Assembly (NCBI GenBank): GCA_000320545.1
Contig: ADNK01000643.1
Span: 32,286-96,285, forward strand
Source: Bigelowiella natans CCMP2755
Taxonomy: Eukaryota; Protista; Cercozoa
DNA: 64,000 nt
Direction: 5' to 3'
A program made the position numbers and the translations under genes. The first letter of the stretch is position 1; each line of letters starts with the position of its first letter. Positions 24,700-55,554 of this stretch are shown here, piece by piece. The notes under the pieces are model-generated. The model saw only the letters and a list, made by a program, of their open reading frames with translations, had not been told where the DNA came from and did not search any database.

Positions 24700-25755
24700 C
24701 ACACAAGTCCGTCAAACCCGGTGACGACGGGGTTGTGAACAGTGCAGCGCTTTGAAGCAGCAGGCAGTTGCAGTTAGTCAAAGAAAAGTCATCAGAACTT
24801 GTCCGATGGCCAAACCTGAAAAAATGACCGAAATGTTGACCAAAATGTCCATTTCCAAGGCCTCAAAGTGTGAAAATTCACACCCGTTGTGTAGCGGATG
24901 CACGCTGCGCGTTTGTTCTCTGCCACATTTTGAATGCTTTTGCGTGTGCGTTTGACCAAATGTGACATGCACGAAAAATTTCAAAGAAATGCGAGCAAAT
25001 CCAATGTCCATTGCATCACATGACGCGCTTGGTCGCGCGCAAAAGCTTCCAAATGCACATTCTGGCGATTCGTTACAGGTTTGACGGACTTGTGCATGCA
25101 CACCACATGCACCTGAAAAGCACACATGCTCTGTTCGTTCACATCCATGTGTCCACACATGCACCCATGCCAGCAGACACGCGATGCATCACACCTAGAC
25201 ACGTGCACAGCATGCGCGTGCCAGATGCTGTGCGACATTGCCATCGATCGACGTGCCGCCGCATGAGTCAGGGTTGCAATGAGAGCATCGTTCCTGCAGC
25301 CATCATTCCAGCAGCGTGTGCATGAATGAATTGCGAAATGATGTGTGCAGCGCAGCTGCCAAAAAAGTTGTCGTCCGCGCAGTGATCGATGGCACGGTCG
25401 ATGCTAGCGATGCCCCACAAGTGACGGAGAACAAATTGAGAAGAAAAGAAGAAGAAGTGTGCGAATGAAGCTTAGAGGGACTCGCATTGCGGAACTCAGC
25501 CGCCACCACAACCACACAGCACCCAAGCACGCACCGACCTCGATCTCAGCTCGGCGAACGGCCCTTTGCACGTCGCCAAGGGAAGGTTTGATTTTCTAGC
25601 GTCTCAGCCAAAGGCTTGAAGAACGGTCCATCGGGCTAACTGACACACAGGAACAATCACTCCAGAATGGCGCTTGCAAGAACACTCATCACAAACACGA
25701 GGCGCGAGGCGCGGGTGTTGTCACAGTGCGAGCGGACGCGAGCGTTCGTCGGGTG
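24700..25755. other. TpA-depleted intergenic domain 3
   Basis: Eight TA in ~1050 bp: three CTAG, four TAG/CTA half-sites and one TTAC; CpG abundant. Confidence 0.9.
24704..25092. mobile_element. MITE / non-autonomous DNA transposon (~390 bp) with terminal inverted repeats
   Basis: Left CAAGTCCGTCAAACC and right GGTTTGACGGACTTG form a perfect 15-bp TIR (imperfect to ~24 bp), flanked by CA and TG; no ORF. Confidence 0.8.
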
Positions 25756-26160
25756 GATAGATGGTTAAGTTTCCAAGCTCGTGCGTCCTGGGAAATTCGA
25801 TGTCGCAAGAAGGAAACAAAGGGCTTTCTTTCTTTTAGGTTGTTTGCCGCTTTAATTGATCAAAACCCCATTCGTCGTTCAAAAGCACCTAAACAGCTTC
25901 TGTGCTCAATTTCAGGCTTCGCTGCATCACGTCTCCCTAGCCCAACCATTCTAGGAACTTGCTACAGACCATACTAGGAACTTTTCACTCACCCAACAGG
26001 CAAAGAAAGAGTTGAAGGAAAGCCTACCGATCTTCTCCAACGATGCAGCACAAACGCCGGGAGAAAGAACGTAAGTACACAAAGAATGTGTGGTGCATTT
26101 ACGTCGGAAACAGAGGATGTACCTCAGAAATGTTGATGTTTGCATCTTGATCTATCGTAG

Positions 26161-32352
<6,192 letters not shown>

Positions 32353-33371
32353 GATGTTTTATGCACATTAGATCTTTCTATTTCATTGGAGGTTTTGGCA
32401 GATTTGTTGATTGTTGTTTATTTCTTGTATCAAATAACAGAAGGATATAATCTAAGCGAGGCATTTGCATTCGATATGAATTCATTGGCTTCGCAAACTA
32501 ATGGGACCAGTTGACTTTCGAAGATCAACTTGTGATTGAGGGGGGTTGGCGAAACACCTCTCTTCATGGGCTAGATGGAGTGCATCGTTAATAGGTTCAG
32601 CTGTGCTCACTTTGCTCTATATAAAACAAAGTGTGTAGAATAGGGGTCTAGCAACTAGCTCTAGTTTTTTTGCGCACGATGAGTAAGTGCGTTCGGTATT
32701 CAGTGAGAGTGAAATGAGCGTATTGATGTACTACTAGCATTTTGATATAGCGGCGAGTTGCGTGCGCGTGCATGGTGAGATTTCATCTGCGAAGGTTGCA
32801 TTTGAGGATGTCCACTGACCGCTTTCCTCGTTTAGTCGTACAAGTACGATAGCAGTAGCGCTACATGCACTGCACATGTAACCAACCGCTCCCTCGCTCG
32901 TCATGCGCATGCATGTGTGCGATAATTCATAGTCTGCTGCTGGGACATGATAACGCTACGCTCGATCATGCATGTGCATGCACAACGCAGCCATGTGCAC
33001 ACAGACGGTAGTCCAACGCCTAGCTATTGCTTTCGTCAGCCGCGTTTCTGCTAAGATATTGTAATCTGTAAACAGAGAGAAATGTGCGTGAGCGCAGTAA
33101 TTGTCTATGATTTACAGCATTCGATCGCTTATTGGTGGAATGCATGTGCAGGTTGGCATAGCGTCTCGCAAATACAAATCTCCATGGCGAATTGCACACG
33201 AGTCTGCATACATTGTTACCTTGTGCAAGCAACGTTCAGTCGTGTGGATACGTGTATACGTGCATCGTAGAACAGTAATGAACAACTTGTCGACATCAAG
33301 AGAGATGTGCCTGGGCAACCTCATCATGGTAGGCGCGACTACGTGATGGATCACAAAGCCAACTTTATTGA

Positions 33372-35297
33372 TTAATCTTTCTGATTTAGGGATGTTCCTT
33401 TGAACCCCTGTCTTATTTCATCATCTAGGACTTTGTACATTTGATCTATAGAGAGAGCCTCAGTTGGAGGGTCTGCCATTTTACACACAGGCCCTTTCTC
33501 GCTTTGTAGTGATTCCGGATGAAATATGTCATACCACATCGCCTCGAGATAGAAGCCTTGAATCGGATTTTTATGCTTGCTTACCTGTGCCAAGAGCCTC
33601 TTATAATATCCAATTGGGTGACGAAGAATCCTCTCTCGTGAAACGGAGAACCTTGCGCCACAGCTAAACACTAGAGTCAGAGATTGCGGTGTATCGATCG
33701 CCCCCGGGGCAACGTATCTCTGGTAGAATTCGATAGGCGTGGGAGCGTTTGGTTGAGTAGATTTGAACAATGTAACGTGCGGGTGATTCTTGTCTATCCA
33801 CCAAGGACTCCAGCCCTTCTCTTGAGACAACGGGCATTGGGTGCCTTTTGTTGAGGAAACATTGCGCAAAAATAGGTCCAGGCGTGAACTTTGCATACCC
33901 TCTGGAAAAGTTGCCGCTGAAGATAGGATAAACAAAGAGTCTTTTCCATCAGGAAACGGGGCAAGGTAGTCCTCAAAGATAACACCATCGATGAGGTGGC
34001 CACTCGATCGGTCGCCGCCCCTGAACCCAAATCCGGGCTCAGCAGCCTGAGAGAAGACTGTCCAGTCGGCCAGCTTTTCATAATTTTTGATGATGTGGTG
34101 GAGGAAAGTGTGCGACTCCCTCCCAACATTTGGCAAGATTTCAACCGCACTGGGAGGCGGGTTTTTGCCTTTGCTGTAGATTGTAAACATTAGATCTGGT
34201 CTCTGGTACTTTCGAATCCAAGAGACATCCTCGTCATACTGAGCGAGGACAACTTCGACATATTTGAAATGAAGATCTGTGGAATCCTGATCACCATCAG
34301 CATTTACAGCAATGAGACTATTCTGGATGGTACTGGCCACGATCTCGTGCATTCTGTTGAAACTCACAGCCTTATTTGGAGGGTCTGCCATTTTACACAC
34401 AGGCCCTTTCTCGCTTTGTAGTGATTCCGGATGAAATATGTCATACCACATCGCCTCGAGATAGAAGCCTTGAATCGGATTTTTATGCTTGCTTACCTGT
34501 GCCAAGAGCCTCTTATAATATCCAATTGGGTGACGAAGAATCCTCTCTCGTGAAACGGAGAACCTTGCGCCACAGCTAAACACTAGAGTCAGAGATTGCG
34601 GTGTATCGATCGCCCCCGGGGCAACGTATCTCTGGTAGAATTCGATAGGCGTGGGAGCGTTTGGTTGAGTAGATTTGAACAATGTAACGTGCGGGTGATT
34701 CTTGTCTATCCACCAAGGACTCCAGCCCTTCTCTTGAGACAACGGGCATTGGGTGCCTTTTGTTGAGGAAACATTGCGCAAAAATAGGTCCAGGCGTGAA
34801 CTTTGCATACCCTCTGGAAAAGTTGCCGCTGAAGATAGGATAAACAAAGAGTCTTTTCCATCAGGAAACGGGGCAAGGTAGTCCTCAAAGATAACACCAT
34901 CGATGAGGTGGCCACTCGATCGGTCGCCGCCCCTGAACCCAAATCCGGGCTCAGCAGCCTGAGAGAAGACTGTCCAGTCGGCCAGCTTTTCATAATTTTT
35001 GATGATGTGGTGGAGGAAAGTGTGCGACTCCCTCCCAACATTTGGCAAGATTTCAACCGCACTGGGAGGCGGGTTTTTGCCTTTGCTGTAGATTGTAAAC
35101 ATTAGATCTGGTCTCTGGTACTTTCGAATCCAAGAGACATCCTCGTCATAATGTGCAAGCACTACCTCTACCCTTTCCGGAGCAAGCGTCTTTATTCCAT
35201 CGGGCTCTGCGAAGTTGGCTCTTTTCCACACAGAAACAACTGGGGTGAATTGCCCCAGCAGCACAAACATGATTCCTACTACTAATGAATGATCCAT
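33372..35297 (-). CDS. Secreted intronless protein with two tandem DUF3431-like domains
   Basis: Signal peptide; VVLA.YDEDVSW and LPNVGRESHTFLHHIIKNYEKLADWTVFSQA each occur twice. Confidence 0.85.
   Translation of the reverse strand: MDHSLVVGIMFVLLGQFTPVVSVWKRANFAEPDGIKTLAPERVEVVLAHYDEDVSWIRKYQRPDLMFTIYSKGKNPPPSAVEILPNVGRESHTFLHHIIKNYEKLADWTVFSQAAEPGFGFRGGDRSSGHLIDGVIFEDYLAPFPDGKDSLFILSSAATFPEGMQSSRLDLFLRNVSSTKGTQCPLSQEKGWSPWWIDKNHPHVTLFKSTQPNAPTPIEFYQRYVAPGAIDTPQSLTLVFSCGARFSVSRERILRHPIGYYKRLLAQVSKHKNPIQGFYLEAMWYDIFHPESLQSEKGPVCKMADPPNKAVSFNRMHEIVASTIQNSLIAVNADGDQDSTDLHFKYVEVVLAQYDEDVSWIRKYQRPDLMFTIYSKGKNPPPSAVEILPNVGRESHTFLHHIIKNYEKLADWTVFSQAAEPGFGFRGGDRSSGHLIDGVIFEDYLAPFPDGKDSLFILSSAATFPEGMQSSRLDLFLRNVSSTKGTQCPLSQEKGWSPWWIDKNHPHVTLFKSTQPNAPTPIEFYQRYVAPGAIDTPQSLTLVFSCGARFSVSRERILRHPIGYYKRLLAQVSKHKNPIQGFYLEAMWYDIFHPESLQSEKGPVCKMADPPTEALSIDQMYKVLDDEIRQGFKGTSLNQKD
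33464..35150. repeat. Direct repeat: 33464-34238 = 34376-35150 (775 bp, period 912)
   Basis: No differences seen by eye; the alternative-frame ORF translations of the two copies are identical. Confidence 0.92.
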
Positions 35298-35681
35298 CGC
35301 GATGTTGGAGGGCCTCTCCCTTCTCTGAGCTCGTTTGAAAATCTGTAACTGCTATATTTGATCAGGGGAGATGAGAGCTTTTCCGAAACTTCAGCCGTAC
35401 AGTCACATAAAATTCTTCAATAAATAGCCTCTGTTCTCTCCATGCGACATTCCCAAAACCCACTATTTTCCATAAAAATAGGGCGAGAAGAAGAACAAGA
35501 TGATCGATCATAAGAAGATCTAACGGCAAAGGAAACAGAACAATAGAACCAACAGCTCCAACCTCATCTAGTCAAGAATATTGAGAAGTTTCTGGTATAT
35601 ATTATATCATCATTTAATCGATGGCATTAGATCTATGCGACATTGACGGATTCATTATATGAAAGAAAATAGAGTGATAAA

Positions 35682-43399
<7,718 letters not shown>

Positions 43400-43400
<1 letters not shown>

Positions 43401-43602
43401 CTAGTAGCGAAATACCCATGACGGACACAAAATGTATCTGGTTCATTTAATGCACATGAACACAAGCTCATTCAACACCCGCATGCTCTAGGATTGCACT
43501 TGCAACATTTATTGACACGATGGCAGTAAAACATCCAAAACTCAGAACGCACGCATCGGTTACCTAGCGTTCTCACATACAAACATCTATGCATTGGAGG
43601 TG

Positions 43603-43638
<36 letters not shown>

Positions 43639-44520
43639 TGTGCACTAGTGCAGGATGCTAGCTGTTGCCATTGATTCATGCATGCATGCATCTCGATCTG
43701 ATCTAGGCTATGTGTTTGTACGTGATCTGCAACCGCATACGCTCACACATGAATGATGATAATGGGCACTACAACAACCATAGCAAACAACTCAGCAAAA
43801 CTTGCAAGTGAGGTGAATCCGAGTTTCCATCCTTTTGGCATTGGTCGAGCCCAAACAGCATGAATTCGATCATGCACGTGCTAGCGTGTTTTGAACCTAC
43901 TTTGTTCACCCAAGCATCATTTGTGTTTTGTTCACGGCTCACTTCTCGCGTGCAACATAATCAACACAAATTGCTAGATGACGGCCGTCCATTTTTTCAC
44001 GCGACGAATCATCTCATTTTCACTTTTCTTGGACTGAGTTGCACTTCGTTGGCCAGATGTCGATGATTACACAATCTAGCAATCGATCACGAAGCGCTAC
44101 ATGGTGCTAGTCTCTGTGTGTGCACCTCATCACAATGAGCACATGTGGTGGCCCCTGCTAGCCTGCTAGCCTGCTAGCCTGCTAGCCTGGTGTTCTCAAT
44201 GGTCTTGTGTCTTGTTGTAGCATTATTGGCATCGGTCGGTTGCATGTCAAACTAAGCTTGCTTTGTTTGCATGTGTCATGGCACATGTCGCTTGTGGGCA
44301 TTGCCGGCACGATTGCTTTTCCATCATCAGTGTACTCCTAGCTAGGCTACATGTGCGCGCAGACTTGCAAGCAATTGGGCATCAAATGCATCGTTTGGAG
44401 CTGTTCGCATGAGACAATTGAGCAATGCCTAGTTTTCAAAACCTTTGCAAGAGAGATGCTTCATTCAATTTAGTGCACCATCAAGAATAGAATTTGCTGG
44501 ACATGATTTTGGTTACGAGG
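43400..44520. other. Partially TpA-depleted, CTAG/TGCA-rich intergenic domain
   Basis: Long TA-free stretches, many CTAG, (TGCG)n at ~43603-43640 and (CTAGCCTG)x4 at ~44158-44189. Confidence 0.7.
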
Positions 44521-44557
44521 TTTAGTTCGACAACAATTTTCTATGTGTGCAATTACG

Positions 44558-45385
44558 TCAAGCCTCAACTATCACACAGCAAGCCACACGAGCTCCTGCG
44601 CGTCCGGTGTGAGTAAGATCAGAAGGCGTCAACAAATATTGTTCAGCATTTTTCAGGTTGTCACCAGATTGAGTGAATTGGTCGGGTTCAGCGTGAATAA
44701 CGATCACTCTTCCACGCACATCCGCTCGACCCGGGTCGCTTGTGAACAAAGATGGACCACCATCTCTACCTCCTTCAAGGAACGTACTTTCTCTACGCTC
44801 AATGAACAGTACATCTGCTTTTCCGCCTACGGAGAAGATATTTCCAAGATCGCCTGTGTGTCGTTCTCCTGAAATCTCAGTAAGATCTCTGTCATTAAAG
44901 GCTGCTGTGATTATCCCTATTTCTGTTGCATTCAGTGTGCTTATGTCAAACGTGCTTGTGGAGCCACCATGAAAGGTGTTGAACGGGTTGAAGTGCCCCA
45001 AAGTAGCGGCACAATTGTCTGGTGGAAGCTCAGTTGCCTCGTGTATGTGGAATCCATGAAATCCATCAGTGAGGCCATCGACTTCTCCTTCAATTACTAA
45101 AGGTGAGAGAGGTCCTCTCTGCTTCAAGACTACAGATCCTGTGATCCCTGAATTCGTAATGCCATTGTCAAAGTCACACTCATAGCGTCTCCTCAAGAAT
45201 CCCCATTGTTCCCGTTGCTGGTGTGCTTCAGTGGACCTTGCCAACTCAGCCATGTTGAACACGTATGGGGTGACTTTCTCTTCAGCAGTGAGGTCTTTCG
45301 AATGGTCGTTGTTATTCCAAGCAGCGGAGCAACGAGGCATGCTGCAGAGCATCAGAGCCATAACTGCAATGAATCGTAATTCCAT
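44558..45385 (-). CDS. Secreted Cu/Zn superoxide dismutase, intronless
   Basis: Signal peptide; HGFHIH, C..TLGHFNP, HGG, RHTGDLGN, GRVIVIH and GRAGARVACCVI. All canonical metal ligands and the catalytic Arg are present. Confidence 0.93.
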   Translation of the reverse strand: MELRFIAVMALMLCSMPRCSAAWNNNDHSKDLTAEEKVTPYVFNMAELARSTEAHQQREQWGFLRRRYECDFDNGITNSGITGSVVLKQRGPLSPLVIEGEVDGLTDGFHGFHIHEATELPPDNCAATLGHFNPFNTFHGGSTSTFDISTLNATEIGIITAAFNDRDLTEISGERHTGDLGNIFSVGGKADVLFIERRESTFLEGGRDGGPSLFTSDPGRADVRGRVIVIHAEPDQFTQSGDNLKNAEQYLLTPSDLTHTGRAGARVACCVIVEA

Positions 45386-46025
45386 CTTTTCCTGGACTAG
45401 ATGTGTTGAAGTGCGTTGGATTTTGTAGAGCGTTAGATTCTAGCTTCGAGTAGTCCGTGAAGGCAGCACAAAGTTAATGATGCATATTGGAGATCTATTG
45501 AGAGTAAAGTTAGCATATAAGACAAGGCGATTTTACCTAAAAAATATTCATTTTTTCCATGTGTTGTCAAATAAATTTGTCCGGTGGTGACGCGTGGACA
45601 CTGGGAAGAGCAAGAAGAGCCGCTGACTGGGAGGCTTTTTTTCCCACGAAAGTGCCTTCTTTGGATGAAGCATTCTTCCTGCTCTGCTGCTCTGTGAATG
45701 AAGACCACTGTCGCGAAGCCTCAATCAAGGGAATTTTGAGGTTTCAACTTCGAAGCTGAATCACTGAATTTCTGCTGCCAGTTAGAGAGCTGAATGTCCC
45801 GACGGCATCTGTCGCATCCGACACTGACACGCGCCATCCTCTGGATGTTAAGAAATCTGAGAGCGCTCACATGTCGCTCATATTCGTTGCATTCCATTGC
45901 GAGGATGACTGAGACGAAAAGAAAACAAAATGCCAACCTGGCATCAAGCTGTACCGACTGCTCTCATCCGAGTGGCCAGCTTTGGCTTCCGTCAAAACTA
46001 TCTGACGAGGCTCATGTGACTTCAC

Positions 46026-46892
46026 ATGCTGCCATCTATCCAATGCATCAACCTCATCTACATGGCATGTTTCACATGTCTGCTCTTGATCATGGTGTCG
46101 GTGTTGCTCGACATCAGATTCGATGCCAATGTCGGATGTGTAGATCTTGAGTTTAAGCGACTCAGGACATTTGGCAACATGGCAGTTGGTTTCCTACTGT
46201 GCCTATTCGGAATATATGAATGGTCACATAGCTTTCACTTAGGATCGATAGTCTGGATGAAGCTCTATTGGATCGTATCGTTAATCTGGTTTCTGTCAGA
46301 ATGTGTCTACATTGGAATGGGAGCACCTAGTGCTTTGTTCTCTGTTGGATCACTCATGATATTCATCATTGATAGCAGATCAATAGCTAATAAGAGGTTC
46401 AGATCTTTCATGATACCCACATCTGTGTTGACAATAATAGTGGTCTATGGTGTATTCTGGTTCTCACTGAATAGATGTGGAACTACTCGCCTGAGTGACA
46501 GGGTCATACAGAGCATCATAGCATCCTCATCTGGATATGTTGGAACAAAGGGTATTGAACTTCTATACGTTAGGTGGAAGTACCCCCATGTGAGCATAGT
46601 AGCAGAGATGGACCATCTGATGAGTAGTGCACTATCCGGTCAGACAAGAGCCAGATCTAGTGTTCATATCAATAGCAGAGACTCCAATGCACAAAAGATA
46701 GCAGATAGCATCATGATAGCTAGAGCTACAGGGAGCAGCATGTCACCAAGAGGTGTAGTCTCACAAAGAGAGAGGAAGGACAGCGATCTAGCACTCTCAC
46801 TCAGTGTTAGAGCACGTGCTCTCACGAGACCAGTAGCTAAGCTAGCCAGTCCTAGCGCCGGAGAATCGAAAGAGTGGAAGATCGAGACCTAG
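46026..46892 (+). CDS. Hypothetical intronless multi-pass membrane protein (288 aa)
   Basis: Five to six hydrophobic segments followed by a Ser/Arg-rich tail; no family recognised. Confidence 0.55.
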   Translation: MLPSIQCINLIYMACFTCLLLIMVSVLLDIRFDANVGCVDLEFKRLRTFGNMAVGFLLCLFGIYEWSHSFHLGSIVWMKLYWIVSLIWFLSECVYIGMGAPSALFSVGSLMIFIIDSRSIANKRFRSFMIPTSVLTIIVVYGVFWFSLNRCGTTRLSDRVIQSIIASSSGYVGTKGIELLYVRWKYPHVSIVAEMDHLMSSALSGQTRARSSVHINSRDSNAQKIADSIMIARATGSSMSPRGVVSQRERKDSDLALSLSVRARALTRPVAKLASPSAGESKEWKIET

Positions 46893-47958
46893 AGATTCAT
46901 CATGTTAGATCTCATGCGAAAGAGATTACCACGTGTCAATGTTGAATTTTGGTTCTGACGTCTGAACATTTAGAAGTTAGAAAACTGTGCACATTGTTGG
47001 AATGTCGAAATGAACACAAATCTTCAATCTTGAAACTTAATCAAACTTAATTTCTTGCAAGCATTTTCATGATTCGATCAACCAATCATTGTTCCGACAT
47101 TTTTGTGGCTCCTCAAGAGTTGTTGCTTTTAGGAAGCATTTCTATTTGTGCAGGAAGCATGCCATGTCACCAACAATTCAAGAGCAGCGGCAGCAGTACA
47201 CAAATGAAGATGGTATGCTTTGGTCATCACGTGCAGCTTTTCGTTCGCCTGAACAGACCTAGAGACAACCAACTGAGTCGTGGGTGAAGGTGGGCGTGCC
47301 GACTAGTTCAACAACGGAGAATGCTCTATGCGCTGGGCTTGCATGCTTGGGATTTGCATGAGAAGTCGTGATTGTGACCACACCTGCTCGCACATTGTCA
47401 CGAGTGGACGTGCGGCTTGTGTGAGTTACAACATCTGGGACAAAGCTAGCAAATATAGAGTACATGAAATTAAATCTACACACGACGCTGGACAGAGCTG
47501 TGGTTGAACCGCGATCCATCATTCTAGCAGTGCGAGCTGATTTGGGCATTAAATTTGCCTTGATGACAGTCATTTCATATTCAAACAGAACACCAACCAA
47601 TGCGTCAATGCGTACGCGCATGTTGCCAAACATTAATGTGCACAAAGTGTGATGCTGCCCGCAATCTGATGCAAGTCGTCCTCATCACACCAGCTCCTGC
47701 ACAGAATGCGAATTATGGCAGACTGGTCATGTCTAAATGTCTAGATGTCTTGATACGTACACATGGAGTTGTTCATTTCAGCATGAGCATCAACATCCAA
47801 TGTAGCTCCTCAGATAAGTGTGCTACCCTTTCTTCTCTTACCACAAGTCATTCCTACCCATAGTTGTAGGAATTCCATCTACCCCGCACTTTTTGTCCAT
47901 CGTCTCTTCAAATATCTACCTGGACGAGAGGCTAAAGTTGTCTCTTATCCTACTGATA

Positions 47959-48454
47959 TCACCCGCCGCTTCCGCTTTTGCTACTATTACTCCTATCGCA
48001 TAGTATAATCGGAAGCGATCCCAAAAAGCACATAATTCCGAGGCCATACATCGCCGCCCGGTAGCCAGCGTCCTCTAGGATGACGCCGATCAGAGTGACA
48101 ATTATTGCAGCTACGATTTTAATTGAAAATTGAAGACACGCGACAGCAGAGGCGGCCTCGTTCGGAAGGTCTTTCACCAGTCGAGAATCCACGGCGGCGA
48201 GGCATGAGGCAGAAGCGAAACCAAAGGCGAATAGAACGATCACAACCGCAGATATGTGTTCTCCAGTCGTAGCACCCATCAGCACCGAGAATATACTTGT
48301 GGTAAATGCCGTTACTCTTGCCACCGCCGTCGGACCGATGCTGTCATTTAGTCTGTGAGAAGTTAGGAACGGGGTTAGAGCGGGGGGTGGATTACATAAA
48401 GCAGCCCAATCACGACCGGGGTTGATGCTATTATGATTGTCTTGGCATTTCGAT

Positions 48455-48495
<41 letters not shown>

Positions 48496-50514
48496 GTGTG
48501 CGTGTACTGCTATTCTCTTCCCGCTACTAACCTCCTTGTTAACGTAGTGCCGATGACAGCGCCCATGGAACGAAGTACCATCACAATGCCAACCATGGAT
48601 GGCGAGAGGCCATACACGTCGTAGAGCATCTGAGGGTAAATGAAAGAGGTTCCCCATAGTGTTCCGAAGAGTAATGAGCCACACAGCACTGGCCGAAGAA
48701 CGTCTAACCTTCCAAGTAGTAGTAGCGCCTGTAGCTTTGATGTGGATTTTGTTGGTGGCGGAGATGGTGAAGAAGATGTTGATGATGACGATGGCGATGA
48801 TGGCCGTGGGGCGGACGACGATGGCAGTGACGATGGCGGCTTTTGACTAGGCGGTTGCTTCTGTTGCCGATGATGCGCTTCCTGAGGAGCCTCTTCATCT
48901 CCTTCTTTCTTTTTATCATTATCCCAGTATCTAGATGTTGCGGGTCCCCCCCCCCCCCCTCCACCTTCAATTCTCGTTTTTCCAACTACCCTGTGCTTCG
49001 TCGACGATATGATCTCGGTAATAGGGCGGCCTGAGCGCAGCCCGTTTGTCTCCTTCATAATGAACGGGCACCACAACAACATTGCAACGCTCCAGAACCC
49101 GAGAAAAAGGAAATTTGACCGCCAGCCAAAGTATTCTGTCATGAACCCTCCGAGTAAAGGGCCCACACCTGAAGAAATGGGGAGGGGGGGGACCCGATGG
49201 AGAGAGGACGAGAGAGAAAGAGAAAGAGAAAGAGGGTAGCAAATGTATGTGTCGTGTGGTGTTCGGTTTGCCACACACTTGATATTCATTGGGTATTGGC
49301 TACAGTGACTCAATCAATATCAAGACATTGGGTATTGGCTATCAATCAATATCAATATGTGAAAATCTCTGCGACAGAAGTCGCCTGTTTTGGAACAATA
49401 TGCAACTCCTCTTCCTCCTCTTTCAATCCCATCTTCTCCACAACTCGCCACATCGTCACTACTACTACAACAACAACAACTACTACTACTACTACTACCT
49501 GGCCCAAGGAATATGTAAAACCAGATGACACCAATATAGCGGCCCTTTTCTTCTCGAGGTACGAGGTCAGATACTACCTACATTTTTGTACAACTTTGAA
49601 TTACAATGCTGTACCATTTCTCCTACACTCTCACTGGTGATGAGAGGATCAAGTGGGAGCTGGCTGAGCGGAAGAGGAAAGGTGGAGGGAGCAAGGACAT
49701 TACGGTCGAAATTAATGCCAGGAGGGAGGGAGGCAAGGTACCGTCGACGGTATCACGCTGCACACCGCATATCCTAAGCCTTGAACAGTGCGCCATACGA
49801 GTAGTTCCCATACTGTAAAAGAAAAGGCGCAGAGAAAACTCCCTACAAGGAAGCACAGGAGGCCTACCACAAGAACTGGTCTCCGACCGAAATGATCCGC
49901 CGCGGGGCCTACCCAGCGAGAATCGAACAAAAGGTCAAGAATTAATGCGTAGTTGTCCTTTTCATATTCTTTCCACTCCCATCCAACCGCTAGATGGAGC
50001 TTTTGCAGCAACAACAGTCTATCTTAACAGCATCATCGTCTAGCATCTCAATGCCCTACCTGTGGGGATTGGGCCAATTGCTGCCATCCAGAGAAAAATG
50101 GAGAGTGTCAGGCCAATTATTGCCAACGAAGCATTATATGTCTCTTGAATTTCACGAACCGCAACGGTATACATCGTCCCTACGTATGATGTTGTTTCCA
50201 GCAATATCGTCATTTCTTCTGGACAGCTACAACCAATCCGTTCATTTACCTTGCACGGGGCCGAACATTGCAACAAGTCCCAAAAACGACAGAAGTTGGA
50301 ACGACATGTGCCTTTTCCCGTCGCTTTGCTGATCTTTCAAGCTTGATCCTGGGTTCTCCTCGACTAATGTGACAATGCTTGTCTGGGCAAATCCATTCCC
50401 CCCTTCCATCTGCTGGAGTTCCAGTCCACCCTTGGAATCCGAAGCTTGGAGATTCCGCGAATACCCCCTTCCCCTACTGTCTTGAATCTGATTTAGGGAG
50501 ACATCCACCCGCAT
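47959..50514 (-). CDS. MFS transporter, DHA1/Bcr-CflA-like, multi-exon
   Basis: Motif A GPAADHFGRRPVLVVGL, motif B WRTVQGLG, motif C GVGPLLGG and FGWRSNF; about 12 hydrophobic segments. Confidence 0.88.
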
Positions 50515-51146
50515 AGCGCGTGTGGTTTTCTGGAGGCCTTCGCTACTCGTACGTTCTTGCGCTTCCGACTGAACGATACGAGGGGAGCACGAGGTCAGCC
50601 TTATGACGAAGCAAATGGCCACTGTTTTCTTTCTGCGACAGCTTATATTTTACCCTCCTACACTCTTAAGCTGAGGGTTTGATATTAATGTTGTCGCTAA
50701 TGGCAAATGGAATACATTTTCAGCCATACGTCATATTACGACTGGATTTCGGATTAGGGTACCCCATCTGGAAGGAAAGAGACCGAAGGTTCACCAACTT
50801 TGTCCCTCAAAAGTAACAAAATTCACAGAGATTTGAGGAAGCAAGTTACCGATGTCGTTGTCGTTCCTAATATACCGCAAGGTATTCTCAATCAGCACTG
50901 TAGGGGATATCCTGAAACCAAATTCCGACGATCTGGTTTATTTTTCTACGAAATTCTACCGTATGTGGACCTTTTTTGCCCTTGCTTTGCTGCGCTTCCC
51001 TTTCTTTCCCGAAGAGGGTGACCGTATCATAATTTTTTGTCGATAAAACCCACAACTATCGTAAGAATATTTTCTAAATACCGAATACGCCTTCGGGGGA
51101 CTCCGAGAGAACAAAAAAGAGCAGACGACGTGCCAACCCTCCCTCC

Positions 51147-55459
<4,313 letters not shown>

Positions 55460-55511
55460 ATATCTTAGGGGTCCCCTTCTTTATGCACCGATTAACGCAT
55501 GGGCTTTCATA

Positions 55512-55554
<43 letters not shown>

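Noticed and set aside
43603-43640. (TGCG)n as a mutated (TACG)n tract
   Set aside because: The same repeat occurs in an unmutated intron (~58580), so it is not diagnostic.
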